Positions 8,611-17,825 of a stretch of DNA of 64,000 nucleotides are shown here, one piece after another. The notes beneath the pieces were generated by a model. It had not been told where the DNA came from, ran no database searches, and saw only the letters and a list, made by a program, of their open reading frames with translations. Each line of letters starts with the position of its first letter. The first letter of the stretch is position 1. This stretch comes from Candidatus Saccharimonadales bacterium (GTDB lineage: Bacteria > Patescibacteriota > Saccharimonadia > Saccharimonadales > OMJO01), in assembly GCA_035480035.1 (NCBI GenBank), contig DATIID010000001.1, forward strand, positions 201,323 through 265,322, in the 5' to 3' direction. The position numbers and the translations under genes were made by a program.

Positions 8611-9272
8611 TAGCGAATCGAGATATTACGACGCGTAGAGTCAACTCGACCGCCATTAATGTTCGGTACTAAATTAACCAGGCCCGGTTTAATCAATTTA
8701 TCAGTGGCGGTTTTAGTCTGGATTAGACCAAGGTCGTAAAGTCTTTTAACGATCGCGGCCCGTTGGGTTTGATAATTATGCTTACCACTGATAACGACGT
8801 AATCTTCGCTGATTTGCGGATTTTGCATGCGTCCAACAAAATATTCGAAAGCGGTTCGATCATACTTTTTGGCATAACGGTCATCAACTTTACGATGATC
8901 GCGGCGAATCGCCCGGTCAAAGGCACTTTCTAGATCAATTTGTACCCAAATGATCAAGGTCTTAACTTTGTGTTTTTGAGCCAAATTACGCAAGTTGCGG
9001 CGTTGACCAAGGCCTAAAATATTAGCATCAAGAACGACACTTAAACCGGCCTTTAAAAATTCATCAACCATATATTCCGTCAAACGACTGACGTTGTCGT
9101 CTTCTTGTTTGTCATAGCGTGGTTGTTCAAATATCTCAGAGCGAATGCGATCTGATTGGATATTAGCAGCTAGTAGGTCATCACTTAGCTGGCGAGCTAA
9201 AAAGGTCTTACCGGCTCCCGGAAAGCCATAAATCATAATCAATGTTGGTCGTGACAGCTCTAACTTGCTCAT
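8610..9272 (-). CDS. Small P-loop kinase / AAA_33-like ATP-binding protein
   Basis: Walker A GFPGAGKT at aa 16-23. Its ~180-aa kinase-like fold length and a DANIL Walker-B-like segment fit this family. Confidence 0.65.
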   Translation of the reverse strand: MSKLELSRPTLIMIYGFPGAGKTFLARQLSDDLLAANIQSDRIRSEIFEQPRYDKQEDDNVSRLTEYMVDEFLKAGLSVVLDANILGLGQRRNLRNLAQKHKVKTLIIWVQIDLESAFDRAIRRDHRKVDDRYAKKYDRTAFEYFVGRMQNPQISEDYVVISGKHNYQTQRAAIVKRLYDLGLIQTKTATDKLIKPGLVNLVPNINGGRVDSTRRNISIR

Positions 9273-9327
9273 AAATTATATTGTATAACAGATTTTTGGT
9301 AATTTCTAAAGATGTTAACAAGATAAC

Positions 9328-9336
9328 TGATATAAT
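9328..9336 (+). promoter_or_regulatory. Extended -10 promoter candidate for tRNA-Trp
   Basis: TGATATAAT matches TGnTATAAT and lies ~30 nt upstream of the tRNA 5' end. Confidence 0.3.
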
Positions 9337-9365
9337 TATCAACACTATCCATAAGCTATAAATAT

Positions 9366-9442
9366 AGGAGTGTAGCTCAGGTGGCTAGAGCGTCGGTCTC
9401 CAAAACCGAAGGTCGGGGGTTCAAATCCCTCCACTCCTGCCA
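9366..9442 (+). tRNA. tRNA-Trp (anticodon CCA)
   Basis: Acceptor pairing AGGAGTG/CACTCCT, anticodon loop CTCCAAA, T-loop GGTTCAAATCC, encoded 3' CCA. Confidence 0.9.
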
Positions 9443-9504
9443 GATTGTATTCTTAGATAATCTGACGCATAATCAAGATAGTTAATATATTGAGGGTTAG
9501 TTAT

Positions 9505-9813
9505 ATGATCGATCCAGCATACAAGCAAATACATAACAAAGCTTTGCAGTTGCAATACACATTTCAAGACTTAATGGACGAGAAGAATCCAACGGCTAGT
9601 ATGTTGCACCGTGAAGCCAAACAATTAGTAGACGAGGTCGAAATGCAAAAAAATCCGCGTGATCTGGAATCTAGAATTAAAATGATTCAAAATCAGATTA
9701 AAATGTCTGAACATCAAGGCACTCATCTAATGAGTCTTGACCACGCCCAGTCCATCCATGAGAATTACGAACACCTGCGCCAAGATATACGAGGTTTATC
9801 GAATTATAGTTAG
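9505..9813 (+). CDS. Hypothetical helical protein (102 aa)
   Basis: ATG at 9505 has GAGGG 8 nt upstream. The track TTG start at 9490 is less likely. No recognised motif. The stop overlaps the rpmG stop convergently. Confidence 0.45.
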   Translation: MIDPAYKQIHNKALQLQYTFQDLMDEKNPTASMLHREAKQLVDEVEMQKNPRDLESRIKMIQNQIKMSEHQGTHLMSLDHAQSIHENYEHLRQDIRGLSNYS

Positions 9814-10016
9814 CCTTTGCGCGGTTTAACTTCATTACGACCAAGACTTTTCTTAGTCTCGACATATAGCGCATGACGCCGTAAAACTGGATCGTATTTA
9901 CGTAAACTTAATTTATCTGGAGTATTTTGGGTATTTTTAGTCGTGTAATAATGACGATGTCCACTTTCTTCGGACACCAAACCAACTACTTTGCGTTTGC
10001 CTTGCTTCTTTGCCAT
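9810..10016 (-). CDS. rpmG: 50S ribosomal protein L33 (bL33), Cys-less form
   Basis: Core YYTTKNTQNTPDKLSLRKYDP. No zinc-ribbon cysteines. Short C-terminal extension. Confidence 0.85.
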   Translation of the reverse strand: MAKKQGKRKVVGLVSEESGHRHYYTTKNTQNTPDKLSLRKYDPVLRRHALYVETKKSLGRNEVKPRKG

Positions 10017-10078
10017 AATAATAAAAATTAAATGTTTAACAACATTTTAACAGATTGAAGTTAATTATTCAAATAGTT

Positions 10079-10153
<75 letters not shown>

Positions 10154-10232
10154 TTATAACGGCTATATTCTACAGGTTAACTGTCCGCAAGCAAAGAAGT
10201 ACTACCGACTAGCTTAAGTCTACGGTACAATA

Positions 10233-10598
10233 ATGTTTATGCTATTCGAGTTAGTCACCTGGTGGTATGGCAAAGGTTGGCTAGACACCCTAAACCGTAT
10301 AAAACGTCAAATTCAAGGTATTTGGCGAATGTTTTCTATCTTGATACTACTCAAAACATTATTTGATCCATGGAAGCGCATTATTTCACCACCTGGTAAG
10401 AGTCTGGATGCCATGTGGCGAGCTTTGGTCGATAACCTTATTTCAAGGCTAATCGGTTTTGTTGTACGAGTACTTGTTATAATTGCCGCCTTTGTTGTCA
10501 CTACTATGGCGGCCATTGTGGGTGCGGTTATGGCAATCGGTTGGGTCTTGTTACCACCAGCCATGCTTTTCTTCATATTTAAGGTTATCGTGCCATGA
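10233..10598 (+). CDS. Small membrane protein (121 aa), translationally coupled to the downstream AAA+ gene
   Basis: Long hydrophobic C-terminal region (IGFVVRVLVIIAAFVVTTMAAIVGAVMAIGWVLL). The stop overlaps the next ATG (ATGA at 10595-10598). Confidence 0.6.
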   Translation: MFMLFELVTWWYGKGWLDTLNRIKRQIQGIWRMFSILILLKTLFDPWKRIISPPGKSLDAMWRALVDNLISRLIGFVVRVLVIIAAFVVTTMAAIVGAVMAIGWVLLPPAMLFFIFKVIVP

Positions 10599-12970
10599 AT
10601 TACGACATTAACTTTACTAGTTTGCGCGCCAAAAAAGTTCGTTTTGGCCAGAGTTTGGGTACTTTTGTTGGCAGTGCCTTTACGATCGTTATTATTTTAA
10701 TCCTCGGAGTGGTTTGCGCTTATTTAATAATGTCCAAGGCTGATCCTCGTTTAACTTATCTACTTTTGAGCATTACCTCGGCTTATTTGACTTTAACTTT
10801 GTGGTATCGATATGACTTAAAGGCTCCGAGCCCAGTTATGCCGCCAAGTCGATTGGACGATATTTTAGGTCCTAGTCTGTTTAAGGCCTTAAGTCGTAAT
10901 TTAACACCAAAGACCGTTTGGCAGTCAGCTGTTACTACACACGAAGGTATTTTCATGTGTAATCGGCTTCAGCTGAACACTAATGAAATTTTGCCACTAC
11001 TTAGCGATAATCCGACAGAATTGATGCCAATCTGGCAATTGGCCGACCAACTACGTACCCAGTGCAACGACTCGCAACTTCATGGTGATGCGGTCATCAC
11101 AGCGTTTTTAAGTATTTACCCAACCTTAAAAACTTATCTTGATACTCACAAGTATAAATCTGAAGACATCACAGAAGTTTATGCCTGGTCAGAGCGTTTG
11201 CAAGATTATTTAAGGCAAAAACGACCTTACTTTGGTGGTATTGGCCGTGATTGGGCGACTGGCTTTACGCCAACCCTAGAACAGTTTAGCCAGAATGTCA
11301 GTGGCGAAATTGAAGCCGGCAGTAAACACTTTCATTTCTTGGCTCATGCCGATGTTGCCGATTCGATAATTCACGATCTTAGCCAAGGCACCGGTGGGGT
11401 GGCGATTGTCGGACCAGTTGGAACAGGTAAAACTTCTTTGGTTTACGGTCTAGCCGAACGATTGTTGGAAGGCCACGACGAGGTGTTAAAGCACTACAAA
11501 GTAGTTAGTCTTAATGCTTCCCAAATTTTATCAGCCGATAAAAACCAACTTGAGAAATTAATGTTAACGCTTTTTGCGGAAGCGACTGCCGCAGGTAATA
11601 TCATTCTGTTTTTAGATGAGGCCCACTTATTCTTTGGCGAAGGCATGGGCATGTTTAATATGTCGCAGGTACTACTACCGATTATTCAAAACCGACAACT
11701 TAAAATTATTGCTGCTTTTACGCCCAATGATTTCCAAAAACTTAAAGGCACTAATGAAGCCTTAACCAGTAGCCTAGCTGTAATTAATGTCGGCGAACCA
11801 GAGGTTGCGAATACGCACAAGATTTTAGAAGACTCAGCCCTAACATTAGAGGCTCGAACCGGCTTATTGGTGACTTATGACGCTATCCGTGAAACTTTTC
11901 GCTTGAGTGACCAATATATGGGCGATCAATCATTTCCTGGTAAAGCCATTAATTTAATGGATCAAGCAGTGCCTTACGCCCAAAATCAAGTGATTACAGC
12001 TCAATCCGTTCAGCAATCGATTGAAAAAACGCTTGGCGTTAAAACCGGCGTGGCCGAAGCCGCTGAAGTTGATGTTCTATTGCATTTAGAGGATAAAATT
12101 CATGAACGCATGATTAATCAAGTCGAGGCTGTCAATGTTATTGCCGCCGCCTTGCGTCGAATGCGCGCCGGTGTGACTAATACTTCGCGTCCAGTTGGCA
12201 GTTTTCTATTTCTTGGTCCAACTGGTGTTGGTAAAACCGAATTAGCCCGGTCACTAGCCGCCACCTACTTTGGTGATGCCCGAAATATGATTCGTTTGGA
12301 CATGAGTGAGTACCAGCGCCCCGAAGATGTTACACGTATCTTGTCAGCTGGTGATGAAGGTGGCAGTTTGATTATGTCAATTCGCAAACAGCCATTCGCC
12401 GTGGTTTTGCTTGACGAAGTTGAGAAGTCTAACCCAGGCGTTTTAAATCTACTACTACAACTGCTTGATGAAGGTCAACTAACTGATTCTAATGGCAAGA
12501 CCGCTTCGTTTCGAAATGCTATAATCATTGCCACTTCTAATGCCGGCGCTACCGATATTATCAAGCAAATCGAAGCTGGTAATAACTTATCCGAGTTTGA
12601 GCGGCCCCTACTAGACAAATTGATTCAAGCTGGAACTTTTAAGCCGGAACTTATCAATCGTTTTGACGAAATTGTATTATTTAGGCCGCTACAAGAAACT
12701 GAAATCGCTCAAGTTGCTCGACTAATGATTAATGGCGTAAATAAGAATCTAGAGAAGCAAAATATACGAATTGAACTTACTGAGGCCGCTATCACCGCTT
12801 TGGTTAAAGCTGGCTACGATCCGGAGTTTGGTGCACGTCCAATGCGTCATGTTATTCAAAAACAAGTTGAAGACCGGGTAGCCACCAAGATATTACAAGG
12901 TGTTGCCCAACCCGGTGGTACTATCAAATTTGACATCAATGATATTTATCCAACACCAACTCAAAGTTAA
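10595..12970 (+). CDS. Membrane-anchored Clp/Hsp100-family double AAA+ ATPase
   Basis: Two N-terminal hydrophobic helices (aa ~24-46 and 53-71). D1 has Walker A GPVGTGKTS and Walker B LFLDEAH. D2 has GPTGVGKTELARSLA and VLLDEVEKS, plus a ClpB_D2-small-like C-terminus. No M-domain coiled coil. Confidence 0.85.
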   Translation: MNYDINFTSLRAKKVRFGQSLGTFVGSAFTIVIILILGVVCAYLIMSKADPRLTYLLLSITSAYLTLTLWYRYDLKAPSPVMPPSRLDDILGPSLFKALSRNLTPKTVWQSAVTTHEGIFMCNRLQLNTNEILPLLSDNPTELMPIWQLADQLRTQCNDSQLHGDAVITAFLSIYPTLKTYLDTHKYKSEDITEVYAWSERLQDYLRQKRPYFGGIGRDWATGFTPTLEQFSQNVSGEIEAGSKHFHFLAHADVADSIIHDLSQGTGGVAIVGPVGTGKTSLVYGLAERLLEGHDEVLKHYKVVSLNASQILSADKNQLEKLMLTLFAEATAAGNIILFLDEAHLFFGEGMGMFNMSQVLLPIIQNRQLKIIAAFTPNDFQKLKGTNEALTSSLAVINVGEPEVANTHKILEDSALTLEARTGLLVTYDAIRETFRLSDQYMGDQSFPGKAINLMDQAVPYAQNQVITAQSVQQSIEKTLGVKTGVAEAAEVDVLLHLEDKIHERMINQVEAVNVIAAALRRMRAGVTNTSRPVGSFLFLGPTGVGKTELARSLAATYFGDARNMIRLDMSEYQRPEDVTRILSAGDEGGSLIMSIRKQPFAVVLLDEVEKSNPGVLNLLLQLLDEGQLTDSNGKTASFRNAIIIATSNAGATDIIKQIEAGNNLSEFERPLLDKLIQAGTFKPELINRFDEIVLFRPLQETEIAQVARLMINGVNKNLEKQNIRIELTEAAITALVKAGYDPEFGARPMRHVIQKQVEDRVATKILQGVAQPGGTIKFDINDIYPTPTQS

Positions 12971-13010
12971 TTTCAGACTTGGTGCAGTGTGATTGCTGTC
13001 GTCAGAACTA

Positions 13011-13286
13011 TTATCGTCTCGCAAGCTTCTGTTTGTCCATAGACTCTACAACAAGCAGGGTCAATGCTTCGTCCGTTTCACCAGTTGTACCTTCAACAAT
13101 CTCTATAAATGTAGTACCTCGAACACTAGTAATGCCTACCACAACAGTAGTAGCAATTCTTTCAATAAACGTTCCAAGATCTTCATCTGCTTCTCTGGGC
13201 CTGTAGTAAGATGGATTACCGTCACCGTCCTGAAGCACCGCAAACTCAGCTGGTGGCCATTGTGTGTCTCGATTTCTTTCACTCAT
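13011..13286 (-). CDS. Hypothetical 91-aa protein downstream of the tRNA-Thr/tRNA-Tyr pair
   Basis: ATG ORF without an SD. The region is open in three frames across both strands, so the coding call is weak. Confidence 0.3.
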   Translation of the reverse strand: MSERNRDTQWPPAEFAVLQDGDGNPSYYRPREADEDLGTFIERIATTVVVGITSVRGTTFIEIVEGTTGETDEALTLLVVESMDKQKLARR

Positions 13287-13336
13287 AATAGTTCAATAAT
13301 GTGTTATGTTCTTATTTAACGCAAGCATAACAAATC

Positions 13337-13421
13337 TGGTGCAGGGAGAGGGATTCGAACCCCCGTAGGCTAAGCCAAGTGATTTACAGTCACCCCTCGT
13401 TGACCGCTTGAGTATCCCTGC
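13337..13421 (-). tRNA. tRNA-Tyr (anticodon GTA)
   Basis: 85 nt with a long variable arm. Anticodon loop CTGTAAA, T-loop GGTTCGAATCC, encoded CCA. Confidence 0.9.
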
Positions 13422-13429
13422 ACATAACA

Positions 13430-13505
13430 TGGAGCCGACGGAGGGATTCGAACCCACGACCCGCTGTTTACAAAACAGCCGCTCTAGCCACTGAGCTACG
13501 TCGGC
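13430..13505 (-). tRNA. tRNA-Thr (anticodon TGT)
   Basis: Minus strand reads GCCGACGTAGCTCAGTGGCTAGAGC... Anticodon loop TTTGTAA, T-loop GGTTCGAATCC, encoded CCA. Confidence 0.9.
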
Positions 13506-13537
13506 CTAACATCTTGAAAAGTTTAACAAAACAGAGG

Positions 13538-14191
13538 TTAAATAACAACTCTTTTCGCTCGAACTAAGCGTTTTGGCTTATGTGAAGGTAAGATCAATTT
13601 CTTGAGTTTTTCCTTAGTAATGTCAGCTTCAGCCTGCATATCCAAATCCTCATAAGTTTTAATTAACAGAGTGTAGCTTTCATTGTTCGGCTCTAATTCA
13701 ACTGCCCGCTCAAGTTCATGAACCATTAACTTATGGTTACCTAACTTTTCTTGGACTTTAGCATAGGCAATATGTCGTGCGGCTAAATCGTCTTCTAGTT
13801 TTAAAGCTTGCTCAAATGCTGTGGCGGATTTGTTATAGTTCTCGGTTTCATAATAAATAAGTCCTAAGTTATGTAAACTTGAGGCCGTCGGTTCAATACT
13901 AGATGCAATTTCGAAACAGTCGATGGCATCCTTATATTCCTTTTGCTTGGCATATAAAATACCGAGCCGGTTATAAGCAGCAGCATTTTTCTGATCTATC
14001 TTCAGAATTGTTAATAATGCTTTTTCGGCGCGCAAAAGTCGATTTTCACGCATGCCATGATGGGCAATGTCCCATAATTTACCTAGTTTATCGCTAATCC
14101 GACGCGGTATCTCCGACAGTTCATCGTCTTGAATATTAATTGCCCGATAGGCTAAAAATCCAAAGACGACTACTAGAATTAGTTCAAGCAT
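13538..14191 (-). CDS. TPR-repeat protein with an N-terminal membrane anchor
   Basis: N-terminal hydrophobic helix followed by repeated A..YN.LG..Y....Y..A...F..A TPR patterns. Confidence 0.8.
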   Translation of the reverse strand: MLELILVVVFGFLAYRAINIQDDELSEIPRRISDKLGKLWDIAHHGMRENRLLRAEKALLTILKIDQKNAAAYNRLGILYAKQKEYKDAIDCFEIASSIEPTASSLHNLGLIYYETENYNKSATAFEQALKLEDDLAARHIAYAKVQEKLGNHKLMVHELERAVELEPNNESYTLLIKTYEDLDMQAEADITKEKLKKLILPSHKPKRLVRAKRVVI

Positions 14192-14205
14192 GTCCTTTAA
14201 TTATA

Positions 14206-15069
14206 CTACATCTGTAAAAATAAATCGGTTATGACTAGTTTTGGGCTAGCCGAGTTTAGTAAACGTTTTTCGGCTAAGTAAGCTTGATTGTAAAGATTAT
14301 GCCAGCGCTTAATATCTTCACCTTGTTTACTATCAGCTAATTTTTCTATCGTGATTTTACAAACCTGTTTAAGGGCAAAAATCAAACGATTTAACTGGTC
14401 TTTATCTCTAGAAATTTCATCAACTTTTAATAATCGTTCAAAAACCGGCGCTGTTAGCAGTTCCTTGACCATAACAATGGCAGTAAATAGCGGGTTAGTT
14501 TGATTGTCTGACAAAATATCACTCATCATACCGGGCCAACCTGAACTTAATTGGTAGGCACGATTAACACTCTCAGTGGTTTTACTACTATAAAAATTAT
14601 TAATTTGATCAAGCGTTGGTCTTTTGATTTCAATCTGTTGAACTCTCGATAATATGGTCGGTAAAATTGACTGGGCGTGGCTGGCGGTCATAATGATTAC
14701 CGTATCGGTCGGTGGTTCTTCCAGGATTTTTAAAAATGAATTTTGAGCTTCTTCGCTCATTAGATGAGCGTTTTCAACAATAATAATCCGTCGGACAGTT
14801 GCCTGACCTGTAGTTTTAAGTTTTAAAAAAGTGTGGATTTGTCTAACTTCATTTATTCCAATGTTATTAGCGGCCGTAGTAATGTGCTTATAAAATGGGT
14901 AGTTCATCAATGACTCAACGTTTTTATTTAATAATTGACTGGCGACATGCTGTGCAACATATAACTTACCGGCGCCAATTGGCCCGCTAATTAGTAATGC
15001 GTGGCCTTGACCGACTAAATAATTATCAATATCAACCTTGGTTTGACTATGTAATAGAAGCTCAACCAT
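14206..15069 (-). CDS. holB: DNA polymerase III subunit delta'
   Basis: P-loop-like GPIGAGK, FLKILEEPP and SRVQ motifs characteristic of HolB. Confidence 0.8.
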   Translation of the reverse strand: MVELLLHSQTKVDIDNYLVGQGHALLISGPIGAGKLYVAQHVASQLLNKNVESLMNYPFYKHITTAANNIGINEVRQIHTFLKLKTTGQATVRRIIIVENAHLMSEEAQNSFLKILEEPPTDTVIIMTASHAQSILPTILSRVQQIEIKRPTLDQINNFYSSKTTESVNRAYQLSSGWPGMMSDILSDNQTNPLFTAIVMVKELLTAPVFERLLKVDEISRDKDQLNRLIFALKQVCKITIEKLADSKQGEDIKRWHNLYNQAYLAEKRLLNSASPKLVITDLFLQM

Positions 15070-15925
15070 CGTTTTTAATTATAGAGGCAAATTCTTTGGG
15101 TGGTTTTATAACAAAAGTTTGCCGCTGACGGTTTGGTAAGGTTAGTTCTAGCGACTGAGCATGAAGGTATAATCGATCTGCATCAGGCCCACCGTATAAT
15201 AGGTCACCGACAATCGGATGGCCTTGTTGTTTTAAATGAACTCTCAGTTGATGAGTTCGCCCGGTTTGGGGCTTTAGTTCAACTAAATCATAGTTTTTTG
15301 AACTTTTTAATACTTTATATTCAGTGTTAGCTGGTTTACCGCCAACACCAACACGAAACAGTTTAGGAGTTTTGGGGTGGCGTTCAATCGGCATATCAAT
15401 AATGGCTTGCTTCGGCTCAATATGGCCACTAATTACAGCTATGTACGTTTTTTTGACCTTTCGCTGGGCAAATTGTTTTTGCAACCAACTAAGAGCGGTT
15501 GAGGTTTTAGCGGCAATGATTACACCTGATGTTGGGCGATCAAGACGATGGACAATACCGGCTCTTTCTCCGGATAAGCCATGTAGCCTATCCTGGATAA
15601 AACTTGCGACAGTTGCCTCCGGGTTAAACGCACCCTTACTATGGGACAATACACCAACCGGTTTGTTGATAACAATGCAGGCATCATCTTCATAGATAAT
15701 TGGCAAATTAATCTTAGGTATCGAGGGTTGTAAGTCGTAATCCAGAGTAACCCGATCGTTAAGTTTTAATTTGTAGCTTGGCTTTTCTGGAGAATTATTA
15801 ACCTGAACTTTGGTATTTTTTATAAGTTTGGCAATCGATGAGCGACTTAACAATGCGATCTTGTCGGCCAAAAATTCATCAAGTCGTTGTCCAACTTGAT
15901 CGGCGTTTACTTTGAAACTTTTCAC
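15062..15925 (-). CDS. RluA-family 23S rRNA pseudouridine synthase (RluD-like) with an S4 domain
   Basis: Catalytic HRLDRPTSG motif and an N-terminal S4-like segment. The GTG start overlaps the trpS stop (GTGA). Confidence 0.85.
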   Translation of the reverse strand: MKSFKVNADQVGQRLDEFLADKIALLSRSSIAKLIKNTKVQVNNSPEKPSYKLKLNDRVTLDYDLQPSIPKINLPIIYEDDACIVINKPVGVLSHSKGAFNPEATVASFIQDRLHGLSGERAGIVHRLDRPTSGVIIAAKTSTALSWLQKQFAQRKVKKTYIAVISGHIEPKQAIIDMPIERHPKTPKLFRVGVGGKPANTEYKVLKSSKNYDLVELKPQTGRTHQLRVHLKQQGHPIVGDLLYGGPDADRLYLHAQSLELTLPNRQRQTFVIKPPKEFASIIKNDG

Positions 15926-16953
15926 GCTGGTCGTAATCCTACGGCTTTTTGAACTTTTAATAATGCCAGATTAGCCACTTTATTCATGGCTTTTTCGTCA
16001 GTTTCGAGCTTTGCTTGTAATTTATTAGAATCAACTTTAACCAACTTGGCTTGGAGATTATGTAAAAACTCTTTAACTTGATCAGCTACTTCTTGTTTTA
16101 GCTCGCCATAATTCGTCTGCTGGGCGTGGTGCTTGGCCACTGCATCAAGCGTCTCGCCAGATAATAAAGCATGGATTTGAAGTAAGTTACTGATGCCAGG
16201 TTGTTTTTCCCAATCGAGGTTGACCTTGCCAATCGAGTCTGTTGTAGCACCCATGACTTTTTTAGCAGCTTCCTCGGGTTGATCATTCAACATAATGGTG
16301 CCGGCCGGATCATCAACGCTTTTACTCATTTTCTTCTCTGGATTTCGTAGTGACCGAATACGTACGCTACTACGATTAGTAAACTCAAGTTGCTTTTGCC
16401 ATGACTCTGGCACTTTGAATAGTTCACCGAATTTGTTATTCATTCTAATGGCTAAATCTCGCGCTAATTCCAAGTGCTGTTGTTGATCATCGCCTAACGG
16501 GACATACTTTGCGTCGTACAATAATATATCAGCCGCCATTAGTATCGGATAGTTAAACTGACCAACGCTAACCGTGTCATTACCGAGTTTTTGAGATTTA
16601 TCTTTAAATTCAATCATCCGACTGGCTTCACCAAAATATGTGAAACAGTCCAAAATCCATGCCAGTTCGCTATGCGCAGGAATATAGCTTTGACGATAAA
16701 TAAAGGTGTCTGGGTCATTGATATCAAGTCCAGCGGCCACAAAAACCTTAAGATTATCTAGAGTATTCTGAAAAAGTTTGCCATGATCAATCGGAGTCGT
16801 GAAGCTGTGTAAATCGGGGATAAACATATTAATTTGATATTTACCGGCATGTTTCTGCTGAAGTTCTAACATTGGTAAAATGGCACCTAAGTAATTACCA
16901 ATATGAAACTCACTATTAGCTCTTAGACCGGTTAAAATAACTGGTTTACTCAT
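15922..16953 (-). CDS. trpS: Tryptophan--tRNA ligase
   Basis: HIGN (HIGH-class) motif FHIGNYLGA, a KMSKS motif, and TrpRS length. Confidence 0.95.
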   Translation of the reverse strand: MSKPVILTGLRANSEFHIGNYLGAILPMLELQQKHAGKYQINMFIPDLHSFTTPIDHGKLFQNTLDNLKVFVAAGLDINDPDTFIYRQSYIPAHSELAWILDCFTYFGEASRMIEFKDKSQKLGNDTVSVGQFNYPILMAADILLYDAKYVPLGDDQQQHLELARDLAIRMNNKFGELFKVPESWQKQLEFTNRSSVRIRSLRNPEKKMSKSVDDPAGTIMLNDQPEEAAKKVMGATTDSIGKVNLDWEKQPGISNLLQIHALLSGETLDAVAKHHAQQTNYGELKQEVADQVKEFLHNLQAKLVKVDSNKLQAKLETDEKAMNKVANLALLKVQKAVGLRPA

Positions 16954-16992
16954 TAGCTAATATTATAACTGGTTTTTAGCGAAATGAATGAT

Positions 16993-17388
16993 TTAACGCT
17001 TAGTGAACTGACGTTGTTTGCGAGCACCACGTAAACCAAATTTCTTGCGTTCTTTTTCGCGCGGATCACGGCCAAGTTGTTCAGCACGTCGCAGCGTATT
17101 CTTAAGATCTTCGTTCATAATCGCTAAAGCTTTGGCAATGCCTAATCGTATGGCATCAGCTTGGCTGCTGTGACCGCCACCACTGACTCGGGCACTGACA
17201 TCGTACTTGTTCTCAATTTCCAGAACCTCAAACGGACGCTGAAGTTGATGAAAAGTTGATTTGCTGCCATCAAAATATTCAATAGCTGGTTGACTATTAA
17301 TCACAATGTCACCCTTGCCATTGATTAATCGAACGCGTGCTGTCGCGCTTTTGCGGCGTCCAAGTGCGTAAAAATAATTTTTAGCCAT
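16993..17388 (-). CDS. rpsI: 30S ribosomal protein S9 (uS9)
   Basis: uS9 sequence ending ...RKQRQFTKR. Follows rplM. Confidence 0.95.
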   Translation of the reverse strand: MAKNYFYALGRRKSATARVRLINGKGDIVINSQPAIEYFDGSKSTFHQLQRPFEVLEIENKYDVSARVSGGGHSSQADAIRLGIAKALAIMNEDLKNTLRRAEQLGRDPREKERKKFGLRGARKQRQFTKR

Positions 17389-17390
17389 AG

Positions 17391-17825
17391 CTACTTACCT
17401 ACCTTTATTACTTCCGGTTTTTGTGCTTCATGCTGATGATCGACTCCAGAGTAGACTTTAAGACGGGCAAGTCGCCCGGCTCTTAATTTGTTAACCGGCA
17501 ACATGCCGCGGACTGCTTGAATAATTGCGAAGGTTGAATCCTTGGCCAGGACATCCTTTAGTGCTCGCTCGGTTAAACCACCAGGATAGCCACTGTGTTT
17601 ATAATAAATTTTGCTAGTCAGTTTGTTGCCTGTCACAACTAATTGGTCTGCATTAATCACAATCACGTAATCACCACAATCAATATGATTAGTAAACATT
17701 GGCTTATTTTTGCCAGTTAGCAGTAAAGCAATTTGCGTAGCCAGACGACCGAGCGGTAATTCACTGGCATCAACAACGTACCATTTGCGGTTTACATCAG
17801 TTGGTTTGGCGCTGTAGGTTTTCAT
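17391..17825 (-). CDS. rplM: 50S ribosomal protein L13 (uL13)
   Basis: N-terminal KWYVVDA and the GRLA motif of uL13. Confidence 0.95.
   Translation of the reverse strand: MKTYSAKPTDVNRKWYVVDASELPLGRLATQIALLLTGKNKPMFTNHIDCGDYVIVINADQLVVTGNKLTSKIYYKHSGYPGGLTERALKDVLAKDSTFAIIQAVRGMLPVNKLRAGRLARLKVYSGVDHQHEAQKPEVIKVGK

Noticed and set aside
12980-13344. The 8-mer TGGTGCAG from the tRNA-Tyr 3' end (13337-13344) repeats at 12980-12987, suggesting att-like direct repeats around the 91-aa ORF.
   Set aside because: Only 8 nt match, there is no integrase, and the enclosed segment is just ~350 bp. A chance match cannot be excluded, so it is not called as a mobile element.
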